This document shows positions 40,432 to 50,280 of a stretch of 64,000 nucleotides of DNA, in pieces; position 1 is the stretch's first letter; each line of letters begins with the position of its first letter. The position numbers were made by a program, and so were the translations under genes. The notes below the pieces were generated by a model, which saw only the letters and a program-made list of their open reading frames with translations, was not told where the DNA came from and did not search any database. This DNA comes from a virus: positions 1 through 64,000 of IMG/VR virus record IMGVR_UViG_3300008448_011250; one strand, written 5' to 3'.

Positions 40432-40683
40432 ATGAAAAAGATATTATACTTCACAGCAGAATGGTGCGGCCCATGTACATATGTAAAACCGCAGATGCAA
40501 GAAATTGCTAATCAAGTTCCTATTACATTTATTGATGTCGACACTAATTCAGCTACCGCATCGAAATACAATGTAAAAAATATACCATGTGTCATTTTAA
40601 TTGACCAATCCGGTACTGCTCTAGGTAAACTAGTAGGAACAAATGTAACAAAACAATCAGTTATTAATTTATATAATCGTTAA
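40432..40683 (+). CDS. Thioredoxin
   Basis: F.AEWCGPC active site, IDVD, V..IP. Confidence 0.93.
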   Translation: MKKILYFTAEWCGPCTYVKPQMQEIANQVPITFIDVDTNSATASKYNVKNIPCVILIDQSGTALGKLVGTNVTKQSVINLYNR

Positions 40684-40694
40684 AAGGAAAAGTT

Positions 40695-40994
40695 ATGGAA
40701 TGGAAACCATTAGGTGATCAAGTATTGATCAAAGTAGAGAAAACTACCGAAAAAACAAAAAGTGGAATTATTTTGGTAGATAGAGACATGAACTTTAAAG
40801 CAGGAACAATTGTTGCTGTTGGAGACGGATTGTTTACGCAAACGGGAGATAGAATTCCAATGACAGTTAAACCCGGAGATACTGTATACGTATACAAATC
40901 AAATTTAGGTGAAAACAAAAGTATAGTTTTAGATGATGAAGATTATATGTTGCTTCGAGAATCTGAAATTGGACTCGTAAACGCAGCACAATGA
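40695..40994 (+). CDS. groES: Co-chaperonin GroES
   Basis: KPLGDQVLI, KTKSGIIL, G.IVAVG.G, VKPGD.V, LLRESEI. Confidence 0.93.
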   Translation: MEWKPLGDQVLIKVEKTTEKTKSGIILVDRDMNFKAGTIVAVGDGLFTQTGDRIPMTVKPGDTVYVYKSNLGENKSIVLDDEDYMLLRESEIGLVNAAQ

Positions 40995-41224
40995 TAGAAG
41001 CATTAGGGTGGGCTAGTACCGCATTGGTATTAGTAGGTTACATTTTAAATGCACGACAATTTACACGTTATGCAATGTATGCCTGGATCATTGGCGATAT
41101 TGGTTGGATTACATATGATTTTTTCATTGATAATTTCAGCCATTTGGTATTAAGCTTAGTTATTATTATTATAAATTTATACGGAATATGGAACTTATTA
41201 TCAGCAAAAAAGAAATCCAATTAA
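40991..41224 (+). CDS. Small membrane protein (about 3 TM helices)
   Basis: Three hydrophobic segments; GW....LVL.GY.LNA and NLYGIW. Confidence 0.7.
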   Translation: MIEALGWASTALVLVGYILNARQFTRYAMYAWIIGDIGWITYDFFIDNFSHLVLSLVIIIINLYGIWNLLSAKKKSN

Positions 41225-41694
41225 GAGTAAAACAATTGGCATTAGACATTGCAAATGACCATATAAATACAGGTAATGCATTGCCACCAGTAATGATTTG
41301 CATTTTGAACGGTGCGTACATGTTTTATACGGATTTGCTCCGTAATATGCCGGTAGATGTACAATCTGATTTTGTTAGAATGAAATCATATCAAGGTCAA
41401 GATAATTCCGGCGGGATTGAAATCCTTAAGGGTTTAGAAGTAGATCTTAAAGGTCGCAATGTTTATATTGTAGATGATATTTGTGATACGGGTACAACTA
41501 TATTAGAAGCATTGTTTATGGTTAATAGTCACTTGCCCGCTCAAGTTAAAGTTGTTACATTAACAAGAAGAGGTGGCGGTGTTGATTTAACAAATTTTTG
41601 TGGTTTTGTTTTAGGCGATGAATGGATTGCTGGCTATGGGCTTGACAACAACGGGGTAGGAAGAAATTTAGAGGATTTATACAAGGTTAATTAA
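41188..41694 (+). CDS. hpt: Hypoxanthine/guanine phosphoribosyltransferase
   Basis: ILNGAYMF..DL, KSY, VYIVDDICDTGTT PRPP motif, GYGLD. Confidence 0.9.
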   Translation: MELIISKKEIQLRVKQLALDIANDHINTGNALPPVMICILNGAYMFYTDLLRNMPVDVQSDFVRMKSYQGQDNSGGIEILKGLEVDLKGRNVYIVDDICDTGTTILEALFMVNSHLPAQVKVVTLTRRGGGVDLTNFCGFVLGDEWIAGYGLDNNGVGRNLEDLYKVN

Positions 41695-44210
41695 TGTTTC
41701 AAGGAATAGGTTACGACAAAAAAAATAACATCATGCACGTATGGGATGATGAATTAGGACACCAAAAGTTTTCTTTTCAACCATATGCATATTTGCCAGA
41801 TGATAATGGTGCACACGTTTCATTAGATGGAACGCGACTATCACAAGTCCCAGGCAATCACAAAGACAATAGAACTGCATATGAATCAGATCTAAACGAA
41901 GAAATGCGCACATTGATTGATTTATATTATGAATCAGATGAGCCGTCCAAAGGACATAGAGATTTCTTTTTTGATATTGAGTCAGAACGTGATGAAAATG
42001 GTTATTCAACACCGCAAGATGCACGTTTGCGAATTACATCCATTGCATATTATGATAAAGCAGCAAATGACCGCAAAGTATTGGTATTAGATGAAGAACA
42101 TCGAGTTACAACAAAAGGTTTTAAAGAAGCTGAATATGAAGTAGAGATATTTCGCACAGAAGCGGATATGTTGACTAGATTCATAAATATTTTTGCTGCA
42201 GCTAAACCTACCGTAATTACAGGTTGGAACATTGACAATTATGACGTTCCATATCTTGTTAATCGTATTAAAAAAGTATTAGGTGCACAAGCAGTTAAAA
42301 AGCTTTCTCCTGCAGGTATTGTAGATTGGAATAAGAATCGAGAAAGATACAAAATCTTTGGAGTATCTAGTTTAGATTACCTGACACTATATAAAAAGTT
42401 TACGTATACAGAATTACCAAATTATCGATTAGACACTGTAGCAAAAACAGAATTAGGTAAGGGTAAAGTTGAATATGAAGGAGACTTGAATCAATTGTTT
42501 GCAACTGATATTCGCAAATTTGTTGAATATAACATGGTTGACGTTAATTTGGTTTATGAGTTAGATGAAAAGACACAGTTATTGAATCTTGCTCGAACCA
42601 TATGTCATAAAGGCCATGTTCCATATGAAGATGTATATTATGCATCTAAATACCTGGATGGTGCTGCAATAGTTGATTTGAAACGCAATGGATTAGTTGC
42701 ACCTAACAAACAATTCCGATTTGTTGAAGAAGAAACGGAAGCTGATGCATTAGCAGGAGCATATGTAAAAGATCCGATACCCGGCTTATACAAATGGATA
42801 TATGACTTAGATTTAACGTCATTATATCCTAGCATCATCATGAGTTTAAATATTTCTCCAGAAACTAAAGTAGGAGTAATACAAAATTGGAATGAAGAAT
42901 GTTTATTGAAACCAGAAGCACAACAAGTCACATTTACCAATGGCACGTATGCTCAAAATGTTAAAACATGGCTACAAGACAATGCATATACCGTTGCAAG
43001 TAATGGTGCCGTTTATAGAACAGATATCCGGGGATTCTTACCAACGATTCTAGAAAAATGGTTTGATGAACGTGTTGAATATAAAGACAAACGCGATGAA
43101 TATGCAGTCGGAACGGAAGAATATAAGTTTTATGATGCATTGCAGTTAACACAAAAAGTATTGCTCAATTCATTTTATGGAGTATTAGGACTTAAGACAT
43201 TTCGATTCCACGATTTAGATAATGCAGGTGCTATCACAGCAACAGGTCAAAGTGTAATTAAGTTTTCCGCAAAAGTTATTAATAATCACTATGCAAAAGA
43301 AGTAGGACAAGACCATTTCATTAATGCAACCAATGGCAAAGCAGAATTTGCATTCTATACGGATACAGATTCAACCTTTGTTAGTTCATTGCCTTTAATT
43401 GCAAAACGATTTCCTGGATTTGATGAAACAGATGAAAAGTTTATGATTGAACAAACCAATGCAATTGCATCAGAAGTTCAACGTCTTGTAAATCAAATGT
43501 ATGACCGATATTCGGAAGTATTTCACAATACCAAAACGCATCGATTCCAAATTAAACAAGAATATGTTGCAAAATCAGGTTTATGGATTGCTAAGAAGCG
43601 ATATGCACAATGGGTTATATTCAAAGAGGGTAAACCTACGGATAAATTAGATATCAAAGGATTAGATGTTGTTAGATCTAGTTTCCCGGAAGATTTCAAA
43701 AAGATAATGAAAGAAACACTTTGGAATATTCTTAAGGAAAAGAATAAAACAGAAACAACCGATATGATTCACACGTTTAAATCTGGATTAAAGAATTCGC
43801 CAGTACTTAATGTGATGAAGAATTCCGGGGTAAAGGAAATATCAAAATATACCAAGAAAAGAAAACCATTTACAGGATATTTACTCGGAACACCAGCACA
43901 CGTTAAGTCAGCAATTAATTTCAATGATTTGTTAACGTCTAATGACATTCGAGACATTGAACCTATAACAGATGGCGAAAAGGTTAAATGGGCATACTTA
44001 TCAGATAATCCTTTTGGTTTTGACACAATGGCACTTCGAGGTTACCAAGATCCAAAAGTTATCGTGGACTTTGTAGAGCAATACATAGATCGCAATAAAA
44101 TCTTTGAAAAGGAATTGAAAAATAAACTGGATGATTTCTATGCAGCAATGAATTGGGGTGCATTCCCGGAAAATAATTCAGTTGCCAAGTTCTTTTCATT
44201 TGGAAAATAA
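41694..44210 (+). CDS. Family-B DNA polymerase
   Basis: Exonuclease FDIE, TGWN..YD.PY; polymerase DLTSLYPSII, K..LNSFYG, YTDTDS, KKRY. Confidence 0.96.
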   Translation: MFQGIGYDKKNNIMHVWDDELGHQKFSFQPYAYLPDDNGAHVSLDGTRLSQVPGNHKDNRTAYESDLNEEMRTLIDLYYESDEPSKGHRDFFFDIESERDENGYSTPQDARLRITSIAYYDKAANDRKVLVLDEEHRVTTKGFKEAEYEVEIFRTEADMLTRFINIFAAAKPTVITGWNIDNYDVPYLVNRIKKVLGAQAVKKLSPAGIVDWNKNRERYKIFGVSSLDYLTLYKKFTYTELPNYRLDTVAKTELGKGKVEYEGDLNQLFATDIRKFVEYNMVDVNLVYELDEKTQLLNLARTICHKGHVPYEDVYYASKYLDGAAIVDLKRNGLVAPNKQFRFVEEETEADALAGAYVKDPIPGLYKWIYDLDLTSLYPSIIMSLNISPETKVGVIQNWNEECLLKPEAQQVTFTNGTYAQNVKTWLQDNAYTVASNGAVYRTDIRGFLPTILEKWFDERVEYKDKRDEYAVGTEEYKFYDALQLTQKVLLNSFYGVLGLKTFRFHDLDNAGAITATGQSVIKFSAKVINNHYAKEVGQDHFINATNGKAEFAFYTDTDSTFVSSLPLIAKRFPGFDETDEKFMIEQTNAIASEVQRLVNQMYDRYSEVFHNTKTHRFQIKQEYVAKSGLWIAKKRYAQWVIFKEGKPTDKLDIKGLDVVRSSFPEDFKKIMKETLWNILKEKNKTETTDMIHTFKSGLKNSPVLNVMKNSGVKEISKYTKKRKPFTGYLLGTPAHVKSAINFNDLLTSNDIRDIEPITDGEKVKWAYLSDNPFGFDTMALRGYQDPKVIVDFVEQYIDRNKIFEKELKNKLDDFYAAMNWGAFPENNSVAKFFSFGK

Positions 44211-44233
44211 GAATTAATTCATTATATTATAGT

Positions 44234-44686
44234 ATGATTGGTTATAAAAGTATATGGTATGGTAAAGAAGTTGAAGGACGCTTTACGGATATCGAAACAT
44301 GTTTCATTGCAGACTTTACGCCATTAGTTTATGGTACGCAACGAATGAAACCTATGCCGCACATTTATATTTGTTCTCCGGCTACTGAACAATTGGTTAA
44401 TGACAGCAAAAGCAAAGATTTCAATTGGCAGAATGTTTTTAACATGATATCAGACACGCAATTTGTTTCAATTGAAGCAACACCTGGTATGTTAGAACAT
44501 ATTCCTCCGATGATTAGAATTCGAGCGCATATCTTATTAATGTTAGATTGCAAAGATGCTGGATTGTTAAAGCAAACGGATAGTATCAAAGTAGTTTATG
44601 GAGATTATAAATTGTATTGCACAACCGTTCATAATATGCAATCAGTAAACCCAGATGATTATAAATTCGACCGCCATGAAGTATAG
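44234..44686 (+). CDS. Hypothetical protein heading the putative DNA-modification operon
   Basis: WYGKEVEGR..D.ET.FI motif; own promoter at 44200; overlaps the next gene. Confidence 0.7.
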   Translation: MIGYKSIWYGKEVEGRFTDIETCFIADFTPLVYGTQRMKPMPHIYICSPATEQLVNDSKSKDFNWQNVFNMISDTQFVSIEATPGMLEHIPPMIRIRAHILLMLDCKDAGLLKQTDSIKVVYGDYKLYCTTVHNMQSVNPDDYKFDRHEV

Positions 44687-45017
44687 TGTAGTAGTAACAT
44701 TTAGCATCGAAGGATTTCATAATTGGCCTGATGCTAAAGATGTTTTTCCAGAAGTAGCATTCTTATCAGATAGACATCGTCATATGTTTGGATTTCGTTG
44801 TTATGCACACGTAACACACACTGATAGAGATGAAGAATTTATTCTAATGCAACGAAGATTGAAACAACAGTTGCGAACTAACTTCGGTGGTAACATATTA
44901 GAGTTTGGTTCAATGTCGTGTGAGATGATTGGAGAATGGATATTAGAAAACAATAAAAATCTTTACAAAGTAGAAGTTTGGGAAGATTGGGAAAATGGTG
45001 CAATCATTGAAAGATAG
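44676..45017 (+). CDS. QueD-paralog T-fold protein, DpdL-like (putative CDG decarboxylase)
   Basis: GFH.WP, LSDRHRHMF (LxxxHRHxF), DRD.EFI, SCEMI, V.ED.ENGA. Confidence 0.7.
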   Translation: MKYSVVVTFSIEGFHNWPDAKDVFPEVAFLSDRHRHMFGFRCYAHVTHTDRDEEFILMQRRLKQQLRTNFGGNILEFGSMSCEMIGEWILENNKNLYKVEVWEDWENGAIIER

Positions 45018-45018
45018 T

Positions 45019-46053
45019 ATGAAAATATTTTTAGTAGATTTAGAATCTGTTCCAACTCGTTATACTTGTGAATGGAAATGGCACGTGCCGCAATTGCTTA
45101 GAGATAATGGCTTCGATGTAGAAGTTATCGAAGGTGACTTAGATATTCCAGAAGCAGTAACACCAGGTGCCTTTTTGAATTTCGGTGGCACTAATATGTA
45201 TAAGGCTACACAAACACATCGTTTAGCAGAATTATTTACACGAGGTGATATTAAAGCAGGAGATCATATCATATTCACTGATGCTTGGCATCCAGGTATT
45301 ATCAATGTTAAGTACATGAGTGAACTCCTAAATATTCCTGTTGTAACGCACGGACTTTGGCACGCGGGTTCATATGACCCAAATGACTTTTTAGGTCGTC
45401 TCGTTGGAGATAAACCATGGATTCGTCACGCTGAACAAGCCTTTATTGGAGCATTTGACCATAATTGGTTAGCAACTGCAGCACATTTTAATTTAATGTG
45501 TAAAACATATGACATATTTCATAATCCAACTTTTGATAGAACGGGTTGGCCTATGGAATATACAAAAACGATGATTGCTCCTAAAATGTGGGCAAAGAAA
45601 GAAAATATCATTGTATTTCCGCATCGCATTGCACCAGAAAAGCGTTTAGATTTATTTCAGCGCTTAGCAAAGCATCCGGATTTGAAACATTATCAATTTT
45701 GCGTTGCAATGGAAATGAATTTAAGCAAAACAGAATATCATGAATTGCTTCAACGTGCAAGATTTGCAGTGTCGTTTGCAGATCAAGAAACTTTAGGCAT
45801 TTCTATGTATGAATCAGCTTGTGCTGGAGCTTGTCCTATAGTTCCAAATCGTTTATCATATACGGAAATGTATGATCCGATGTTTAAACGTGCTGATTCG
45901 GTAGCAGAGGCAGCAAAAGCAATACTAGAATATGAACAGCAAGAAATGTCCGAAGCAATTGGGCAATTAGTTGCAAAATTACATAATAACTTTTTTTCAG
46001 CAAAACAATTAATCAATTATTTAAAAGGATACGAAAAAGATGAGCGAAAATAA
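45019..46053 (+). CDS. GT-B fold glycosyltransferase in the DNA-modification operon
   Basis: FPHRIAPEK, QETLGISMYE, P.VPNRLSY.EM donor-binding region; N-terminal RYT.EW and WHAGSYDP.D. Confidence 0.8.
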   Translation: MKIFLVDLESVPTRYTCEWKWHVPQLLRDNGFDVEVIEGDLDIPEAVTPGAFLNFGGTNMYKATQTHRLAELFTRGDIKAGDHIIFTDAWHPGIINVKYMSELLNIPVVTHGLWHAGSYDPNDFLGRLVGDKPWIRHAEQAFIGAFDHNWLATAAHFNLMCKTYDIFHNPTFDRTGWPMEYTKTMIAPKMWAKKENIIVFPHRIAPEKRLDLFQRLAKHPDLKHYQFCVAMEMNLSKTEYHELLQRARFAVSFADQETLGISMYESACAGACPIVPNRLSYTEMYDPMFKRADSVAEAAKAILEYEQQEMSEAIGQLVAKLHNNFFSAKQLINYLKGYEKDERK

Positions 46054-47299
46054 AAGATTCATATACTTTCCATCATTGTCCGCAGGTTCCATGGTATCTG
46101 CTTTCAAAAAGGATATGAAATTTGAAGATGGTAACCCTGTCAAATTTTTTGATTCGAGATATCCGGCAGATTGGAGACATCCATATTTCCTAGTCACTGC
46201 AGGACATCATTACAAAAAAATAGACTTTAGAAAGCAAATGGGCTTAGAAGATGATGTATTAGTATTTGGAGATTCAGGAGGTTATCAGATTGCAACTGGA
46301 GCTTTGCCATATAGCAATGAATTACGTGAAAAGATATTTCATTGGTTAGAAGCAAATAGTGATGTTGCAGCAAATTTAGATATTCCACCTAAGACAAAGT
46401 ATAAGAATCAATTTGCTCTATGTGCTGATATTAGTTTTGATAACTTTGCTTGGTTTGAAAAACATCAATCAGGTAAGACAAAATTCTTGAACATGTTGCA
46501 AGGATCAAATTCCGAAGAGTATACATGGTGGTATCACAAATTTAAGCATTTTGATTTCCAAGGTTGGGCAATCGGAGGTCCGCAGAAGTTAGTAGACTTT
46601 ATGTTTGCGGTTTCATTGATGCTTAAGAATAGAGAGTTTGAAAATAAACGATTAGAATATGTCCATTTATTAGGTATTTCTAAAATATCAGATTTCTTCA
46701 TATTAGCAACCTTGCAAAAGTTAATGAATCAACATACAGGTAATAGAATTTATATTACAACGGATTCATCTTCTCCAGGTCAATATCCGGTATTCGGAAC
46801 ATACCTGCATTCAACGAATTACAAGTCACAATCATTTTCTGAATTGTATTTTCCTAAGAATGCAGAATACCGCAGAAAGACACATATTAAACAAGGTAAG
46901 ACGGGTGAAGTTCCAATTGATTTAACTCAACACGTTCCTTGTTCATTAGGTTGTCCGGCTTGTAAAGATTTTACCTATGATTTGCTAGGAGGTAAGACTC
47001 CAGAAGGATTAGATAGATATTCTCAAGAAGCTATGCCTAGAATGGTTGTTCACAATACGCATTTGTATGTACAAGCAGCAAATGAAATAAATCAATTAGT
47101 TGATAGTCACGTTGAATTGCTAGAAACGTTGATACCAAGAGACTTATATGATGTAATCCTTTCATTACACGAAATGTTTGCAGATCCAGATGGCGCACCG
47201 CAAGTATATGAAAAATACATCAAAACATATAAAAAATTCGGCGGAAGTAGTATTTCCACAACCGATGCAGAAAACTTTAATAAATTCTTTAAATTTTAA
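46040..47299 (+). CDS. dpdA: tRNA-guanine-transglycosylase-like DNA deazaguanine insertion enzyme (DpdA family)
   Basis: GDSGGYQ, LDIPP, WAIGG, HLLG, TDSSSP, Zn-site C..GCPAC...HN. Confidence 0.8.
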   Translation: MSENKRFIYFPSLSAGSMVSAFKKDMKFEDGNPVKFFDSRYPADWRHPYFLVTAGHHYKKIDFRKQMGLEDDVLVFGDSGGYQIATGALPYSNELREKIFHWLEANSDVAANLDIPPKTKYKNQFALCADISFDNFAWFEKHQSGKTKFLNMLQGSNSEEYTWWYHKFKHFDFQGWAIGGPQKLVDFMFAVSLMLKNREFENKRLEYVHLLGISKISDFFILATLQKLMNQHTGNRIYITTDSSSPGQYPVFGTYLHSTNYKSQSFSELYFPKNAEYRRKTHIKQGKTGEVPIDLTQHVPCSLGCPACKDFTYDLLGGKTPEGLDRYSQEAMPRMVVHNTHLYVQAANEINQLVDSHVELLETLIPRDLYDVILSLHEMFADPDGAPQVYEKYIKTYKKFGGSSISTTDAENFNKFFKF

Positions 47300-47311
47300 T
47301 CAGGATAAACA

Positions 47312-48022
47312 ATGGAAAAAAGCAAGTTACAATCATTTATTAATCGTTATTATTTAGCAGGAAATTGCGAAGCGGTTAAATTGAATCAAAACGAAGAAGG
47401 TGTTGGTTGTGAATTGATCGATATGGATCAAACAATTGTAGGTAAAATACAATGGAAAACAACACCATTCATGAAAGGCGAATTAGGTATCAATCATACC
47501 GGTGCCTTAAACAAAATGCTCGGAGCATTGGGTGAAAATATCAATATCAATGTAAAAGATGCAGCAGGTAAGAATTATGCAATGGAAATTGCTGAAGGTA
47601 GCACTAAGGCAACATTTATGTTGGCAGACACGACAGTTATTCCAGCAGTTCCTTCAATCAATGCAGAACCTGATTATGTTATTGAAATTCCTGTCAATGA
47701 AGAATTTATTAGCAAGTTCATTAAAGCCAAGAATGCATTACCTGATGCCAAAAACTTTGCAGTGCAAGTAAAAGATGGTGTTATTAAATTTATTATCAAT
47801 TACACAACAGTTAATGCAGATAACATTACATTCGAGGTAGGAAATACAACTGCTGCCGATATGGATCCGGTTTGTTTCTCTGCGGATAAATTGAAAGAAG
47901 TACTTGTAGCAAATCGTGGAGACTCTGGTCAATTGAAAGTATCTCCAGATGGATTATCTAGAATTAATTTTACGGGTTCTGATTTTGAATCAACTTATTG
48001 GTTAGTAATGTTACAAAACTAA
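47312..48022 (+). CDS. Sliding clamp (gp45/PCNA-like)
   Basis: About 236 aa with a two-domain beta/alpha pattern, LAD..VI linker, VS.DGL....F....S.Y.LV; near the clamp loader. Confidence 0.7.
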   Translation: MEKSKLQSFINRYYLAGNCEAVKLNQNEEGVGCELIDMDQTIVGKIQWKTTPFMKGELGINHTGALNKMLGALGENININVKDAAGKNYAMEIAEGSTKATFMLADTTVIPAVPSINAEPDYVIEIPVNEEFISKFIKAKNALPDAKNFAVQVKDGVIKFIINYTTVNADNITFEVGNTTAADMDPVCFSADKLKEVLVANRGDSGQLKVSPDGLSRINFTGSDFESTYWLVMLQN

Positions 48023-48030
48023 GGAGTCGA

Positions 48031-48459
48031 ATGCAAGTAAAAATAAAACGACTACATAAAGATGCAACGATCCCGGCATATTCAAAGCCGGGAGATGCAG
48101 GAATGGATTTAACGGCAACATCTGCAAGGAAAGATGATTATGGTAATGTTGTTTATGGAACAGGCCTGGCAATTGAAATACCGGAAGGTCACGTTGGATT
48201 GATTTTTCCTAGATCATCAAATAGCAAAACAGATCTATATCTAACAAATCATGTAGGTGTTATTGATTCTGGGTATCGAGGAGAAATTATGTTTAAGTTT
48301 CGCCCAATTGATGGATTACTTAATGCTAAAGTATATCAAATTGGTGATAGAATAGGACAATTAATGATATTACCATATCCTGCTGTTGAATTAATAGAGG
48401 CAGCAGAATTATCTTCATCAGAACGTGGAGATGGCGGATTTGGATCAACGGGTAAATAA
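48031..48459 (+). CDS. dut: Trimeric dUTPase
   Basis: AGMDL, PRSS, GVIDSGYRGE, RIGQL, RG.GGFGSTG; GGAG RBS before 48031. Confidence 0.95.
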   Translation: MQVKIKRLHKDATIPAYSKPGDAGMDLTATSARKDDYGNVVYGTGLAIEIPEGHVGLIFPRSSNSKTDLYLTNHVGVIDSGYRGEIMFKFRPIDGLLNAKVYQIGDRIGQLMILPYPAVELIEAAELSSSERGDGGFGSTGK

Positions 48460-48464
48460 AAAAT

Positions 48465-49391
48465 ATGTTTGGACAACAAGAAAATACACTTTGGGTTGAA
48501 TCATTTCGACCTGACACATTAGAAGGATATATAGGCAATGAGCATATTATCGAGAAAGTTAAAATTTTTATTGATAATGGCGATGTTCCGCATCTCTTAT
48601 TTTATGGATCGGCTGGAACAGGCAAAACGACGTTGGCGAAAATAATTGCCGGATCGGTAGATGCAGATTTAATGTATATTAATGCATCAGATGAAAACTC
48701 AGTAGATGCGGTTAGAGATAAGATTAAGCGTTATGCATCAACAGTAGGATTTCGCAGATGGAAAATTATCATCTTAGATGAGGCAGATTATTTAACACCT
48801 AATGCTCAAGCTGCTCTTCGTAACTTAATGGAGACATATAGCAAAACAACACGCTTTATTTTAACATGTAACTATGTTGAAAAGATTATTGATCCGATTC
48901 AATCACGTTGTCAGACATTTGCTATTACACCACCAAATAAAAAAGAAGTAGCACAACGTTTAGTTACAGTACTTGATGAAAAAGGCGTAAGCTATGACAT
49001 CAAAGATATTGCTGCAATTATCAATGCATCATATCCAGATATTCGTCGAGCAATCAATGCAGCACAAGCATCAGTAGTTAATGGCAAATTGCAATTGGAT
49101 AAAGCTTCTGCAATTCAAGCTAATTATATGACTGAAATACTTGAAATGCTCAAAAATGCAAAAGACAAAAAAGCAACATTCACAAAAATTCGTCAATGTA
49201 TTGCAGATAGCAAAGTTAGAGACTTTACTCCTTTGTATACATTTTTATATGACAATTTAGATGAATTTGCACATGGACATATTGCACCTTGCATTTTGAT
49301 TATAGCAGAATCGCAATTTAAAGATGCTAGTGTAGTAGATAAAGAAATTAACATAATGGCAATGTTTGTCAATTTATTAGGAGAAATATGA
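48465..49391 (+). CDS. Clamp loader ATPase subunit (RFC/gp44-like)
   Basis: LWVE.FRP, GSAGTGKTT, INASDE, LDEAD, AQAALR, SRC. Confidence 0.93.
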   Translation: MFGQQENTLWVESFRPDTLEGYIGNEHIIEKVKIFIDNGDVPHLLFYGSAGTGKTTLAKIIAGSVDADLMYINASDENSVDAVRDKIKRYASTVGFRRWKIIILDEADYLTPNAQAALRNLMETYSKTTRFILTCNYVEKIIDPIQSRCQTFAITPPNKKEVAQRLVTVLDEKGVSYDIKDIAAIINASYPDIRRAINAAQASVVNGKLQLDKASAIQANYMTEILEMLKNAKDKKATFTKIRQCIADSKVRDFTPLYTFLYDNLDEFAHGHIAPCILIIAESQFKDASVVDKEINIMAMFVNLLGEI

Positions 49392-49612
49392 GTAAATTAA
49401 CCGCACCAGGAATTAAGCCAACAGATATGCAACCAATTATCTGTAAAGAATGTGACGGAATGTATTTTCGTCAAGTAATGGCAATTAACAAAGTATCAAA
49501 ACTATTAACGGGTTCTGATAAAGACACAATGGTTCCAATACCAGTATTTAGATGTGATGATTGCGGAGCTATTCCAGAAGAGTTTCAACCAATTAAAACG
49601 AAACTTAAATAA
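49388..49612 (+). CDS. Small zinc-ribbon protein
   Basis: CKEC ... CDDCG. Confidence 0.75.
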   Translation: MSKLTAPGIKPTDMQPIICKECDGMYFRQVMAINKVSKLLTGSDKDTMVPIPVFRCDDCGAIPEEFQPIKTKLK

Positions 49613-49827
49613 TGTCAGTACAATATCACAAAAGCACGGTTAGCATTGTATTTAAAACATCGAATAGAAGCAATGCTAAAACTAAAATGAAAACATTTCG
49701 CAATAAAACAATAGATGACATTTTAGATGCAAAACGTATTATCGGAGTTCCAGATAATGCGGTGATAATTGAATTAGGAATAGGTAAACAATTGGAACAA
49801 CAATATCGTAACAAATATAAACTATAA
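49612..49827 (+). CDS. Hypothetical basic protein
   Basis: Tightly packed ORF in the operon. Confidence 0.6.
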   Translation: MSVQYHKSTVSIVFKTSNRSNAKTKMKTFRNKTIDDILDAKRIIGVPDNAVIIELGIGKQLEQQYRNKYKL

Positions 49828-49830
49828 TAA

Positions 49831-50280
49831 ATGGCAGAAGAAAAAAAGGGTGCAACAATTTTTGATTTCATTAATGGCGTAACTGACAAGAAAAAAGAAT
49901 GGTCTAAATGGTCTGAAACGGATCAAAAGAAATTTACTCCATTTATTGTTAATCGTTGGTTGTCAATGCGTATGGAATTAACAGAAATTGTTAATGAGTT
50001 TCAAACCTATACAATTGGCTTATTGCGTCCACAAGAAACGTATAGATTATACTATGAATTTCTTCCTGCAACTAAAGGATTTGCAAAATACATAAAAGGC
50101 AAATCAGAAGATAAGTATGAAAAGGATTTAGTTGCACAAATTGCCGAACATTATCAAGTATCCAAATCAGAAGCTACTGACTATATCGATTTAATGGATA
50201 AGACTCAATGTGATAGAATTTTATCAATGTATGGTTATAGTGAAGGAGAAAAAAAGAAATTATTGAAAGGAATAAAATGA
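49831..50280 (+). CDS. Clamp loader small subunit (gp62-like)
   Basis: IFDFIN, F.PFIVNRWLSM, KYIK, IAEHYQVS..EA..Y. Confidence 0.75.
   Translation: MAEEKKGATIFDFINGVTDKKKEWSKWSETDQKKFTPFIVNRWLSMRMELTEIVNEFQTYTIGLLRPQETYRLYYEFLPATKGFAKYIKGKSEDKYEKDLVAQIAEHYQVSKSEATDYIDLMDKTQCDRILSMYGYSEGEKKKLLKGIK

Noticed and set aside
40695-40994. GroES without GroEL as a novelty
   Set aside because: Solo co-chaperonins are well known in large phages (T4 gp31 analogy).
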